A stretch of 63,623 bases of DNA, counting the filler, from Octopus bimaculoides (taxonomy: Eukaryota), in assembly GCF_001194135.2 (NCBI RefSeq). It is 9 parts of 9 records of this genome, joined end to end, with 100 filler letters (N's around TTAATTAATTAA, not from the genome) between each part and the next. Parts side by side here need not be neighbours in the genome. Positions count along the whole stretch, not along the records: positions 1 to 6,017 come from NC_069008.1; positions 6,118 to 10,228 come from NC_068983.1; positions 10,329 to 19,607 come from NC_069004.1; 6 more parts are not named here. One strand, 5' to 3'. A model generated the notes under the pieces. It had not been told where the DNA came from, searched no databases, and worked only from the letters and a program-made list of their open reading frames with translations. Below, piece after piece: positions 1 to 11,904 of this stretch (position 1 is the first letter of the stretch; every line of letters starts with the position of its first letter). The translations under genes and the position numbers were made by a program.

Positions 1-105
1 GTGTCTTTTTATAGTTTTTGCTTTCGTTGTCAATCACCATCATCATCATAATTAATAGAAATAACTATCATTATTATTATTATTATTATTATCATTATTA
101 TTATT

Positions 106-315
106 GAGGTGGTGAGCTGGTAGAATTGTTAGCAAGTTGGACGAAATGCTTAGTGGTATTTTGCCCATTTGTTACGTTCTGAGTTCAAATCCCACAAAAG
201 TTGACTTTGCCTTTCATCCTTTCAGGGTTGATAAATTAAGTACCAGTGTAACACTGGGGTCAATGTCATCGATTAGGCCTCTCCCACAATTTTTCAGGCC
301 TTCAGCCAGTAGTAG

Positions 316-361
<46 letters not shown>

Positions 362-452
362 AGGCGGTGAGCTGGCAGAATCATTAAATTGCTGGTGAAA
401 TACTTACTGGTATTTTGTCTGTCTTCGTATTCTGAGTTCAAATGCTGCCAGG
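106..452 (+). mobile_element. tRNA-derived SINE family A: one full copy and one truncated tandem copy
   Basis: aggcggcgagctggcagaat..ttagc head, gttctgagttcaaat B-box, gactttgcctttcatcctt core, (ATT)n tail. Confidence 0.7.
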
Positions 453-524
453 GATTGGATTTGCGCAAAGGAAAGAAAAAAAAATCATCATGCACAGGCA
501 TCACTTGGAAAGAAAAAAAGATGA

Positions 525-720
525 GATCTATCACAAAAATGGTTGGTCATAAGACCTATCACAAAAATGGTTGGTCATAAGACCTATCACAAAAATGGTT
601 GGTCATAAGACCTATCACAAAAACGGCTAGTCGTAAGACCTATCATAAAAATGGTTGGTCATAATACTTATCACAAAAATGGCTGGTCATAAGACCTGTC
701 ACAAAAACGGATGGTTGTAG
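525..720. repeat. 28-bp minisatellite, about 7 copies
   Basis: Unit gacctatcacaaaaatggttggtcataa, directly tandem with no spacers. Confidence 0.9.
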
Positions 721-812
721 CCTTTGCATGTCTGGAAATTTCAATCAGGCAATGACAATATTTAAACATGTGTCTTAAGCCATCGTATATCTATCTATCT
801 ATCTATCTATCT

Positions 813-874
<62 letters not shown>

Positions 875-880
875 ATATAT

Positions 881-1166
<286 letters not shown>

Positions 1167-1231
1167 CACACGCACATCATTGTCTATCTATAAGTGCCAC
1201 ACCCCTTACTCCCTACCAATTTCCATTTCAG

Positions 1232-1399
1232 TGTCTGTGATGCCGCCAACACCAAACCCTTCAAAGAAGTTCGTTCACATGTATGTGGGTGGAGTGCCAT
1301 TTCCTGACACCCAAGTGCCCAACTTGGCCGGTTGTATTCGGGGACTGAAGATCGGCAGCGATGTCTTCTACCTGAGGAAGTCTAGCCGCAATAAAGCAA
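1232..1399 (+). CDS. Exon A of a LamG-EGF-LamG (neurexin/CASPR/axotactin-like) gene; end of a laminin-G domain
   Basis: tttcag| acceptor, |gtaagt donor, 168 nt, phase 1 to 1. Encodes [55 protein letters not shown], with the LamG 'YVGG...GCIRGL' motif. Confidence 0.85.
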
Positions 1400-1494
1400 G
1401 TAAGTAGTAATTATATTTTTTTTGTTATCATGGTTATCACCATCATGTGACCTAACCTTGTACACCCTACCACCCTGTTGGTGACATGTAAAAG

Positions 1495-1995
1495 GTAACC
1501 CATGCTGGTGACATGGGAAAGACACTCATCACACTCTCAGAGTGGTTGGCATATTAGGAAAGGTATGCAACTGTAAAAATTAAGCCAAAATCAGCCTGGG
1601 ACCTGATGCAGCTCTTCAGCTTACCAGCCCCAGTTAAGCCATCTAACCCATGCCAGCATGGAAAGCAGACATTAAATGATGATTATTATTATTAAGCACC
1701 ATCCGAACATGGTTGATGCTAGCGCTGCCTTGACTGGCTCCTGTGCCGGTGGCACGTAAAAGCACCATCCAAACGTGGTCGATGCCAGCTCTGTCGGGCC
1801 CTTGTGCCGGTGGCACGTAAAAAGCACCCACTACAATCTCGGAGTGGTTGGCATTAGGAAGGGCATCCAGCTGTAGAAACACTGCCAGATCAGACTGGAG
1901 CCTGGTGCAGCCTCCTGGCTTGCCAGACCCCCAGTTGAACCGTCCAACCCATGCCAGCATGGAAAACGGACGTTAAACGATGATAATGATGATGA
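1495..1995 (+). mobile_element. Two tandem LINE/SINE 3'-end fragments (probably RTE-type tail)
   Basis: gtggttggcattaggaagggcatccagctgtagaaac...aacccatgccagcatggaaa.cggacgttaaacgatgat. Related pieces at 5905-6017 and 58270-58490. Confidence 0.6.
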
Positions 1996-2392
1996 CAGTA
2001 AGTTGTCAGAATCGTTAGCACCCCAGGCAAAATGCTTTGCGTTTTGCCCATCTTTGCATTCTGAGTTCAAATTCTGCCAAGGTCAGCTTCACCTTCCATC
2101 TTTTGAGGGTTGATAAAATAAGTACCAGTTAAATACTAGGGTCAATGTAATCAACTCATCCCCTCCCCTACAAAATTGTTCTCCCTGTGGCAAAATTTGA
2201 AATTATTATTATTATTATTAAAAAGTGGTGAGCTGGCAGTATTTCACCTATCGCTACATCCTGTTTTGAGTTCAAATTCCGCTGAGGTCGACTTTGCCTT
2301 TTATCCTTTCGGGGTCAATTAAATGAGTAGCAGTTACACACTGGGGTCAATGTAATCGACTTAATCCCCTCCCCCAAAATTGAGGCCTTGTG
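1996..2392 (+). mobile_element. Two tandem SINE family A copies
   Basis: Same core, head to tail, separated by (ATT)n. Confidence 0.65.
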
Positions 2393-2569
2393 TTTTACTT
2401 TTGTTTAAGGATCCAAGTTCAAACCCTTTTGAGGTCGATTAGAATAAAATTAGGGCCTCACAATAACATCTAGCAGAAGCCCTGTTATCTTTAGATATTC
2501 AAAATGTCAATTTATTCAGTTTCCAAGCATTATGCACCTTGGGCTACACTGTCCAATGCGTTCTTTTTT

Positions 2570-2775
2570 TATCGCCATGATAGATTGCTAGCCACTAAAC
2601 CTTTTTCTATTTTCTCTCCCTGTTTATTTTTGTGTTCCTTTCTGTCGAAGAGCGTAGGCTCGAAACATTAAAGACCTTTTCACTTCCCGAGCGTTAAACT
2701 AATACATCTGTTTGTTGTTTACACACCTGTCTTTGTCTTTTGGGTTTTTTTTTTGTAAATTCTCACTATATTACA
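2570..2775 (+). mobile_element. Solo Penelope-like terminal repeat (intronic)
   Basis: gccatgatagattgctagccac...gaagagcgtaggctcgaaac...cccgagcgttaaactaatacatc. A more decayed copy lies at about 4700-4850. Confidence 0.6.
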
Positions 2776-3018
2776 GATGTAAGTTTGATAGAGACTTGGC
2801 TGTTTTTTCTAGCAGGTTTGGTGACCACATAAGGGTTCTTTCTTACTGTTGTTGTTTTCATTTCTTCCTTCAATTTGTTATCTGTTTCAGTTGTGAAGAA
2901 GGACTACCAGGTTGTGGTTTGTGTAAGACTTGGTTTCCATTTCCAGCAACCACAGAGAGGCTCTGGCATTGTTGTTGTTGTTGTTTTCATACCTTCTTGA
3001 TTTCTCAACGTGTTTCAG

Positions 3019-3156
3019 GTGTGAAGAAGGAGTGTAAGGCAGGGTGTGGCATCAACCCCTGCCTCAATGATGGCCACTGCACAAACCTGTGGGGCAACAA
3101 GGAAATCTTTTGTGACTGCAGCATAAGCAGCTTCACTGGAAGATACTGCACTCTCG
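3019..3156 (+). CDS. Exon B of the LamG-EGF-LamG gene; EGF-like domain
   Basis: tttcag| and |gtaagt, 138 nt, phase 1 to 1, in frame with exon A. Encodes VKKECKAGCGINPCLNDGHCTNLWGNKEIFCDCSISSFTGRYCTL; CDCSxSSFTGxxC resembles neurexin/CASPR EGF modules. Confidence 0.88.
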
Positions 3157-3176
3157 GTAAGTTGTGGACACTTAGA

Positions 3177-3720
3177 GTACAATTTAATGGGGTTGTGGTG
3201 CAGTTTAACAAGTCCTCAATGCATTTTAATGGGGTTGTAGATCTGTTTAATGGCAACACAGTGCACATTAGTTGGGTTGTATTGCAGTTTAGCATGGCTG
3301 CACTCCACTTTAATGGGGTCATAGAGCAGTTTAAGGGGGACTCAGTAGACTTTAATGGGATCGTGGTGCAGTTTAATAGGACCTTAATACATTTTAATGG
3401 GGCCGTAGAGCAGCTTCAGACAAACACAATGCACTTTCATTGGGTTGGATTGCAGTTTAGCGTGACCTTATTTAATTTTAATGGGATTGTAGAGCTGTTA
3501 AATAGGACTTCAATATAATTTAACCAGGTTGTATAACAGTTTAACAAGACACTAAGTTCATAGTAAAAGTTTAGTGGGACCTCAATAAATTTTAATGGGA
3601 TCATAGATTAGTTTTTAATGGCGTCATAGAGCAGTTTAATGAGGTCTTAGCATGGTTTATTGACACCTAAGTATGTATTAATGTGATTGTTGTGTAGTTA
3701 ACTAAGACAATACCTTCCTT
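3177..3720. repeat. Degenerate 21-bp minisatellite with higher-order structure
   Basis: tttaatggg/tttaac recurs every 21 nt. The block at 3261 recurs at 3429 (168 nt later). Confidence 0.8.
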
Positions 3721-3932
3721 TAATGAGGTTGATATAACAATTTAAAAAAGGTGTTAGTCTGCATAACAGTGGCACCATAGTACAGACTATTTAATGGTTT
3801 ATAAGGGCAACTGAAAAGGGACGTAATGCATTTCACTTCAAGGAGGCTATGATAGAATTTAATGGAGTCATAGTGCTATTAATTTTAACATGATATAATC
3901 TTAGTTTATATGTAAAGACAAGTGAAATCAGA

Positions 3933-4203
3933 GAAGCTCCCTCTCTGGTTCGTGTGGTCCCTGTTTTAAAGACAGTCACGAGTTTTTTGAGGGAGAGATT
4001 TGGTTGTTACATTAAGTAACAAGCAAATGGCTTCATGGAAGCTCCCTTCACCGGTTCATGTGGTCCCTGTTTTAAAGATAGAAGGGAGTTTGTTGCAGGA
4101 GAGATTTGGTTGTTACATTAATGTCTAGTGATTACATAGTAGCTCCCTCACCGGTTCATGTGGTCCCTATTTTAAAGACAATAGGAAGTTTGTTGAGGGG
4201 AGT
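3933..4203. repeat. Tandem repeat of about 103 bp, about 2.6 copies
   Basis: agctccct...ggttc.tgtggtccct.ttttaaaga begins near 3935, 4040 and 4141. Confidence 0.8.
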
Positions 4204-4292
4204 TGATTTATATGTCTATATAGGTTCACCTATATATGTTTACGTAGGTGAACCCTTTTTATTTATAATCTATTTTTTTTTTTCTTGTGTAG

Positions 4293-4452
4293 AACCCTGC
4301 GGTGAATTTCGCGGTGATACCATCCTACAGTACAAGTTTGACCCCATCAGATATGCAGCTGCCAAGACCGACAAGGAGAAGCTGTTTGTTAGTTTTGCGA
4401 CCAACGTCACCGGACCTGGCAAATACGTCCTTGTCGATGTGTATAGTACCAC
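4293..4452 (+). CDS. Exon C of the LamG-EGF-LamG gene; start of the next LamG domain
   Basis: Poly-T tract + tgtag|, |gtgagt donor, 160 nt, phase 1 to 2, in frame with exon B. Encodes EPCGEFRGDTILQYKFDPIRYAAAKTDKEKLFVSFATNVTGPGKYVLVDVYSTT. No further compatible exon was found before the linker at 6018. Confidence 0.82.
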
Positions 4453-4628
4453 GTGAGTGTTGGTACTGGTGGGGGTGGTTTTTGTTGTATGTTGTGGTGA
4501 TGGAAATGGTACCTTGTGGTAGTGGTAGAAATATAGTATGGTGTAGTTGATGTGGTAGTATTAATAGTAGTGCTGTTCCTGATATGGCAGTATGAGCAGT
4601 GATCCATACACGCATGCATATAAGTGTT

Positions 4629-4680
<52 letters not shown>

Positions 4681-5684
4681 TATGATAGGCTGCTGAACTC
4701 AACACTTTATTTTTCATTCTCTCTATTTTTTTCCCTCTTATTCAGTTCTGTCGAAGAGCATCGGCTCAAAATGTAAAAGCTTTACCATTTTACCTGAGCA
4801 TCAAACTAACACACCTGTTTTGTCTCTGTTTTTCTATGAATTTGAACAATATTTATAATTAAGATTCTGTTGAATTAGGTACTTAAATTGAGGTACCTTG
4901 TTAGGTTGGTATGACATTATTAATTGAATATTGAATATCAAAAATCTGTGCAGGTGTGTTTGCACCTGATATTCCTGCCTTGTGTGCAGACAACGCAACC
5001 CAGCTGAAGATATACGTTCTTGGTAATTCAGCCCTGTACTTTTTTATAAAGGTACTTTCTATAGTATTTCCAAAGTGCAGATTCCAAGGTAGGTGAATAA
5101 GATATAAATGAGTAACAAAGATGTACAGGTGTCAATTCATTATGGCCATTTCAAACAGCTCCTTTAATTAATTAATGGAAGCATTACATCATTTGAAAGA
5201 AACCATTCTCATCAGATGATCACAAGATGTCTAACATAAATTATACAACCATTTCCTTAACATATCCACATCAATAATGGAACTCAAAATATTTACATTG
5301 TTTCTGTTGTTTCAATTGTTGTTGATGTGTTTACTATAGATTTCGTATCTGCACAGATAGATGCACGTTTGTAAATGTGTGTGTGTGTGTGTGTGTATAC
5401 AACCTTAAAATGCAAAAGACTTTTCCATTCTTCTCAAGTGTTATACTAATACATCTGCTTTTGTTCCTTCACCTGTCTTTGTCTTTTGTTTTCGGTAAGT
5501 GTGAACAATACACACACACACACACACACCTATATATCTGTGTGTGTCTGTATATATATATATATAATTATATATATTATATATTTATATATATATAAGA
5601 GATAAGTGTACATACGCTGTCCCATTCTGTATTATATTTATATATATATATATATTAGAAGGTTTGGAAGTGATGTACAGGTAT

Positions 5685-5900
5685 TATATATTAGAAAAAA
5701 TAATGAAGTACTCAGATATCTGGATGGTTATACATTTACAGATTTTTATTGATATGTCACATGTTTTTATAAATTAGCGCTTGCATCTATTCTTGTAGAT
5801 TCTCCAGAGAATAGATGCAAACCTGTGATATATCAATAAAAATCTGTAAATGTACAACCATCCAGATATCTGAGTACTTCATTATTTTTTCTAATATATA
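5685..5900. repeat. Fold-back inverted repeat (MITE-like), arms about 95 bp
   Basis: tatatattagaaaaaataatgaagtactcagatatctggatgg... and its near-perfect reverse complement, with a bulge of about 17 nt in the left arm and a short central loop. Confidence 0.85.
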
Positions 5901-6017
5901 TGTTACCACTGTTGCCTTACTGGCACTTGTGCTGGTGGCACATGAAAAAACATTCAAGCAAGGTCACTGCCAGTGCCGCTGGACTGGCTCTTGTGCGGGT
6001 GGCACATAAAATACACC

Positions 6018-6117
6018 NNNNNNNNNNNNNNNNNNNNNNNNNNNNNNNNNNNNNNNNNNNNTTAATTAATTAANNNNNNNNNNNNNNNNNNNNNNNNNNN
6101 NNNNNNNNNNNNNNNNN
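6018..6117. other. Artificial scaffold linker (44 N + TTAATTAATTAA + 44 N)
   Basis: Identical 100-bp linkers also at 10229-10328, 19608-19707, 34328-34427, 51215-51314, 56035-56134, 57942-58041 and 61220-61319. Confidence 0.95.
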
Positions 6118-7075
6118 GAGTATGACAGTAAGACCTGGGGTGTGAGGTCGTCACGGATGTATACAACAACTCCACCATGGCTCCTTTCCCTTCTGTCTGT
6201 TCGCAGTATGACATATTTTGGTACGTGTATTCTGCATCCTCTATATCAGGGCTGAGGTGAGTTTCCACGAGTGCTATGCATAGGGCTTGATTGCATGCAG
6301 CAAGGTCTCTCAGGAAAGAAATTTTGCTTTTATCATTATAATGCAACAGGCCCCCAATATTTAGTAAAAATATTGGCGTGATGCCTGTGCAGGCGTTAGG
6401 GGAGGCCATCCCATGTCTGTTGACTGTGGTGGTCTTACGCAGTGGAGGGCAAGGTTCCTCGTCTGTGCTTGGTGTAGCCACGTCAGCTGCTGAACAAGCT
6501 TTTGCGCCATGCACAAAAAAGACTCTTGCTCAGCTGCTGCGTTGCGTATGATTTCTGAAGAGCGCACGTCCTTGAATTTTCTCCTTGGGGACATCTGTCG
6601 TCTTTCCTCAGGGAAGTTTTTATCCTTTAAACCTTTGTAGTTTTGGCGGGGTGTCGGGTGGGCAAACCGGCAGTTTTTGCCGTCTTCCCCATGCCAACAT
6701 TTGCCTTGCAGGTAAAATTTGCAAGTTTTTGGGTGCCTTCCAAATTTCTTCTTTCCTTTGGTGTCTTGGATGGCATCGGATCCACCTTGGGATTTTCTAT
6801 TTTTTGTTCTTCCTTTTCTTGTAGGTACTATTTTCCTCTGGTTATCTATTGGGGTGAGGGCTCTTTTCCTTTGTAGGACCACTGGCACAGAGGGGCTTCT
6901 ATTTGCTGCTTCCTTGGCTCCCCTATCCTTTTCTGCCTGGTTGTTCATAGGAATGGGTGATCCATTCTTTTGAGGAGCCACTGGGTCAGAGAGACTTCCG
7001 GGTGTTTTTTCCTTTTCCTCCTCTCCATCCTTATCAGCCTTTCCACAATGGTTTCCGATTATGACATCTAGGGTG
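6118..7075 (-). mobile_element. Non-LTR retrotransposon 5' portion: ORF1 with CCCH zinc finger, then a frameshifted APE endonuclease
   Basis: CKFYLQGKCWHGEDGKNCRFAH, followed by IFLLNIGGL...IALVETHLSPDIEDAE and, after a frameshift, YVILRTDRRERSHGGVVVYIRDDL (EEP/APE motifs). Truncated by the linker. Confidence 0.8.
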
Positions 7076-7997
7076 TCAATGTGTGGTCTGATGAGTGCAT
7101 ACGAGCGGAGGAATTCATTCTTCTTCCGCTCTATCTGATCATAAATAAATGCGCCCTTTTAAAGCCTAGCCAGGCTTATGGGCCCGGTTTCAATGGCGTA
7201 TGTGTTCCCCAGCTGGACCGGACGCCAGTCCACCGCAGCGTTACTCATTTTTGCCAGCTGAGTGGACTGGAGCAACATAAAATGAAGTGTTTTGGTCAAG
7301 ATCACAACACGTTACCCGGTCCAGGAATAGAAACCAGAATCTTACGATTATAATNNNNNNNNNNNNNNNNNNNNNNNNNNNNNNNNNNNNNNNNNNNNNN
7401 NNNNNNNNNNNNNNNNNNNNNNNNNNNNNNNNNNNNNNNNNNNNNNNNNNNNNNNNNNNNNNNNNNNNNNNNNNNNNNNNNNNNNNNNNNNNNNNNNNNN
7501 NNNNNNNNNNNNNNNNNNNNNNNNNNNNNNNNNNNNNNNNNNNNNNNNNNNNNNNNNNNNNNNNNNNNNNNNNNNNNNNNNNNNNNNNNNNNNNNNNNNN
7601 NNNNNNNNNNNNNNNNNNNNNNNNNNNNNNNNNNNNNNNNNNNNNNNNATATATATATATATATATACACATGCACACATAGATAGATGTGTGTGTGTGT
7701 GTGTGTGTGTATGTGTGTGTATGTGTACTTGAGAAAACCGCATATGCACCCAAAAGTCATGTCTATTCAATATATGCACATATAGCTGAAGTACTGTCAG
7801 CAAAAGTATGTGAATATATATGTATGAGTGAAAATTCAAGCCTTTCTGTTTGACCGACAACGCGATAAAAAGCAATTGAATACATAAACAAATCGATATT
7901 TGCCATATGATTTTAAACGATTGATGTTTTCAGTTGACCAAGTAAAAATATATAACAGCAAAAACAACAACAGCGACATTATCATCGTCATCATCAC

Positions 7998-8049
<52 letters not shown>

Positions 8050-8104
8050 GTCATCATCATCGTCATCTTCATCGTCATCATCATCATCAACATAATCAAT
8101 AATA

Positions 8105-8323
8105 ACGGTTTCAAATTTTGCCACAAAGGCAGCAGTTTTGAGGGGAGAGGATCAATCGATTACATCTACCCCAGTGTTCAACTAGTACTTATTTTATTGA
8201 CCCCGAAATGATGAAAAGTAAAGTCGAACTCGGCGAAATTTGAACTCAGAACGTCGCGAAGGGCGAAATACCGCTAAGCAGTTCGTACAGCGCATTAACG
8301 ATTCTACCAGCTCGTCGCTTTAA

Positions 8324-8373
<50 letters not shown>

Positions 8374-8627
8374 ATAATAATAATACTACTACTACTAATA
8401 ATAATAATAATCCTTTCTACTGGAAGTACAAGGCCTCCAATTTGGGGGAAGGGATTAATTCGACTATATCAACCCCAGTGCGTAACTGGTACTTATTTTA
8501 TCGACCCCGAAAGGATGAAAGGGAAAGTCGACCCCGGTGGAATTTGAACTCAGAACGAAGCGACAGACGAAGTACCGCTTAAGCATTTGTTCCAGCGCGC
8601 CAACGATTCTGCCAGCTCGCCGCCTTG
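8105..8627 (-). mobile_element. Two tandem SINE family A copies
   Basis: Reverse-complement cores (gaccccgaaaggatgaaa...tttgaactcagaac) separated by (ACT)n/(AAT)n. Confidence 0.7.
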
Positions 8628-8643
8628 ATAATAATAATAACAT

Positions 8644-8738
<95 letters not shown>

Positions 8739-9374
8739 GTAATAATAAGAATAATGAAGACATGACCAACAAAAAACATATCGGAACCGTGTAACATCTG
8801 TGCTTGTTAGATATCATGAAACGAAACAACGACCTTGGTGTGTCCATAAACATGATTCATAAATCTGAAATTTGCTTTAACTGCGTAAGTATTTGCGTAT
8901 GTGTCACTGAAACTGAATATAAGACTCTGGAACGGATAAATGAGCAAAATCAGACCTGTAGCCAAACGGACAAAACTGCCCTCCTCAGGAAGTCTCGTAC
9001 CATTAAATTAGCTTTCTGCATGTAAATCCGACGCACAGACGCACACGCACGCACACATACATACGCACACACACACACACACACACGTGAAAATAAATAA
9101 ATATATATAAATATACACATATTTGCATCCATGTATGATTTGGCAGAGAAAATGCAGAAGAAACAACCCGATAGATGAGAATATATACTATTTTATTTTT
9201 CTTATTACTCTTCAATGGGCAAAATGTTGAAAAGTAACTCGAGGTCAAGAGTTTCATAAATACATCCATATATATTCCTAAAATATAAAACCACAAAGAG
9301 AGTGAAAGAGAAGAAGTTAAAGTGGAAAAGACACAAATATATAAATACACGTACATAGATTTGTTGTTGTTGTT

Positions 9375-9692
9375 GTTGTTGGCACTCCGTGCAAGTAGCT
9401 GAGCACTCCACAGACACGTGTACCCTTAACGTAGTTCTTGGGGATATTCAACGTGACACAGTGTGACAAGGCTGGCTCTTTGAATTACAGGTACAACAGA
9501 AACAGGAAGAAAGAGTGAGAGAAAGTTGTGGTGATAGAGTACAGCAGGGTTCGGCACCATCCACTGCCGGAGCCTCGTGGATCTTTAGGTGTTTTCACTC
9601 CATAAACACTCACAACGCTCGGTCTGGGACTCGAAACCGCGATCCTATGACCACGAGTCCGCTGCCCTAACCACTGGGCCATTGCGCCTCCC
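9375..9692 (-). mobile_element. tRNA-headed SINE family C
   Basis: The minus strand begins ggaggcgcaatggcccagtggttagggcagcggactcgtggtcataggatcgcggtttcgagtccc (tRNA-like head) and ends at (AAC)n. A 3' fragment lies at about 21120-21275. Confidence 0.68.
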
Positions 9693-11249
9693 AAAGAGGA
9701 AAAGACACAAATATATAAATACACGTGCCTAGATACACACAGAAAAATAATGAGTGTCTGTGACATATGTGTGACATTCATAGCATAATATCAATATATA
9801 AACGCAATTTTCTCTTATGCAAATTGTGGAGTGATGTCGTAGAAATATTAGCGACCAGGTTGCAGTTTGAAGCTGCAATACCTTTGAAAATTATTACGAA
9901 TAGCCGTCGGGAAAGTCATGCTTGCATGAGACATAGATTTGCATTGTATAGGATTGATCAATTTTTCTACCTTCATCTTTGGGTGGTGTTCTGGGTTGTT
10001 GTTGTTGATTGTTTTAGTCAGGCTCCTGTGTGTGACTGCATGCGCGCATTTTAGTGGGTGTTTGCGTATATGTGTGTTTGTATGCGTCTGTGCAGCGTCT
10101 GTTCGTATATGTATGTGTGTGTGTGTGTACGTACAGGGGTGCCGCAGTCACTAAAAGAAAGTATAAAATTATGTTCGCGAATATCTTTCTATTTAATCCA
10201 ATTAAAACCTATCTCTAATTTAGAAATGNNNNNNNNNNNNNNNNNNNNNNNNNNNNNNNNNNNNNNNNNNNNTTAATTAATTAANNNNNNNNNNNNNNNN
10301 NNNNNNNNNNNNNNNNNNNNNNNNNNNNATATATATTGGTCGAAGAATTCAACACCAATATTCAATTTTAAAGTTTGGTATTTTATATTCTATTGTTTTT
10401 TTTTCTTTTTGCAATCTCGGAGAGTCCCAAAGAAAAATGCTCGGCGGTAGTTCAGCAAAAGACACCGATAAAATAAGTATCAAGCTAGTCCTGGGTTCGA
10501 TTCATTCGACTAACAGTTCTTCAAGGCAGTGCCCCAGCATGGCCGCAGTCTATTGACTGAAACACGTTAAAGATAAAAAGATGCACTTCTCCCTAACTAA
10601 ACAGGGGGAAAAAAGGTTAACATTCATCGCACCAGTTATATATCTTAGGCATTTTATCCGACAAGTTATCGGTAAGTTTTAAACAAAACTTGGTTTCTCA
10701 TCGTGTTACGTTGTTCATATTTACCATCTACCACTTTCGAAGGTGTGGCACAAACTGGATAAAAGATGTATGCTACCCTTTTCTTCCTAACTAAACTGGA
10801 AAAAAGAAAAGTTAAAATTCATCGCACTTGGTAACTTCCATGTATACTGTCCTCTCCTGGCCTTATAAACCACATCCACTGGCGCTATTTTAGTTGTTTG
10901 TCTCAATTAATTGTCTGTACCAGTTATATCTTAGGCGTTTTTAACCGACGATCTATCGGTAGGTTTCAAACAAAACTCGGTCTCTCGTAGACTTAAGTTG
11001 TTTATTTTTTTACCATCTTTCGAAGATGTTGCACAAGCATGTTTTATTTGACGAAGGTGCCGCGCAGTGATACGAAACTCAACTTATACGGTTGGGAAGC
11101 AACTTTCTTACCGCACAGCCACGCCTGCGCCTACTTTCGAGAGAGCTAAAATATTTTTTCCTTTATTTATTTTTTTACTCTTTTACTTGCTTCAGTCATG
11201 TGACTGTGGCCATGCTGGAGCACCACCTTTATATATATATATAGACTAC

Positions 11250-11665
11250 CATTCATGCAACATTAATATTCCTTCCCGTGACTTTCATCTTCTATGTTCC
11301 TGCCGTAATGCTTCACTTCCACACACGCCAGCTTAATTTAATTCGTCCTTAGTCGAAAGAAACCTTTTGTTAATGTTCTGTTGTTTGTATTTGTAATTGT
11401 GTACCAGTTCTCCGTTTTTTTTGTCCTTGTTTTCGTATACATTCGCTTGCTTTTTTCCATGGAATCCAGTGCTCTTAGCTTAGATTTTCTTGGGGCCGGC
11501 CAGATTGGAGCAGTATCGATTGTAACCGGCCGAAACTGCTGAGAAAATCTGGAACTCGACTGAAGACAGAAAACTCCGAATGATCCGTCCTTGTTTTTTT
11601 CCTGTCCCTTTTTGTATCGTCTATTTGTTGTCGCCTGTTACGTACTTGTTCCATTTTATTTTTTC
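11250..11665 (+). mobile_element. Dispersed repeat, second PLE-like terminal-repeat family
   Basis: Reverse-complement match to 34700-35110; carries ctcgactgaaga...actccgaatg, a PLE-like CUGANGA...GAA motif. Confidence 0.45.
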
Positions 11666-11687
11666 TTTCATATATATATATATATAT

Positions 11688-11850
11688 AGCGCAGGAGTGG
11701 CTGTGTGGTAAGTAGCTTACCTACCAACCACATGGTTCCGGGTTCAGTCCCACTGCGTGGCACCTTGGGCAAGTGTCTTCTACTATAGCCTCGGGCCGAT
11801 CAAAGCCTTGTGAGTGGATTTGGTAGACGGAAACTGAAAGAAACCTGTCG
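11688..11850 (+). mobile_element. SINE family B
   Basis: Near-consensus head and core. Confidence 0.72.
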
Positions 11851-11858
11851 TATATATG

Positions 11859-11904
<46 letters not shown>

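Noticed and set aside
525-720. 28-bp repeat array resembling CRISPR
   Set aside because: The units are directly adjacent with no unique spacers, there are no cas genes, and the context is eukaryotic.
9610-9692. tRNA-like sequences at SINE heads (also 881, 11688, 52700)
   Set aside because: They lack a complete cloverleaf and acceptor stem and run into multi-copy SINE bodies, so they are not tRNA genes.
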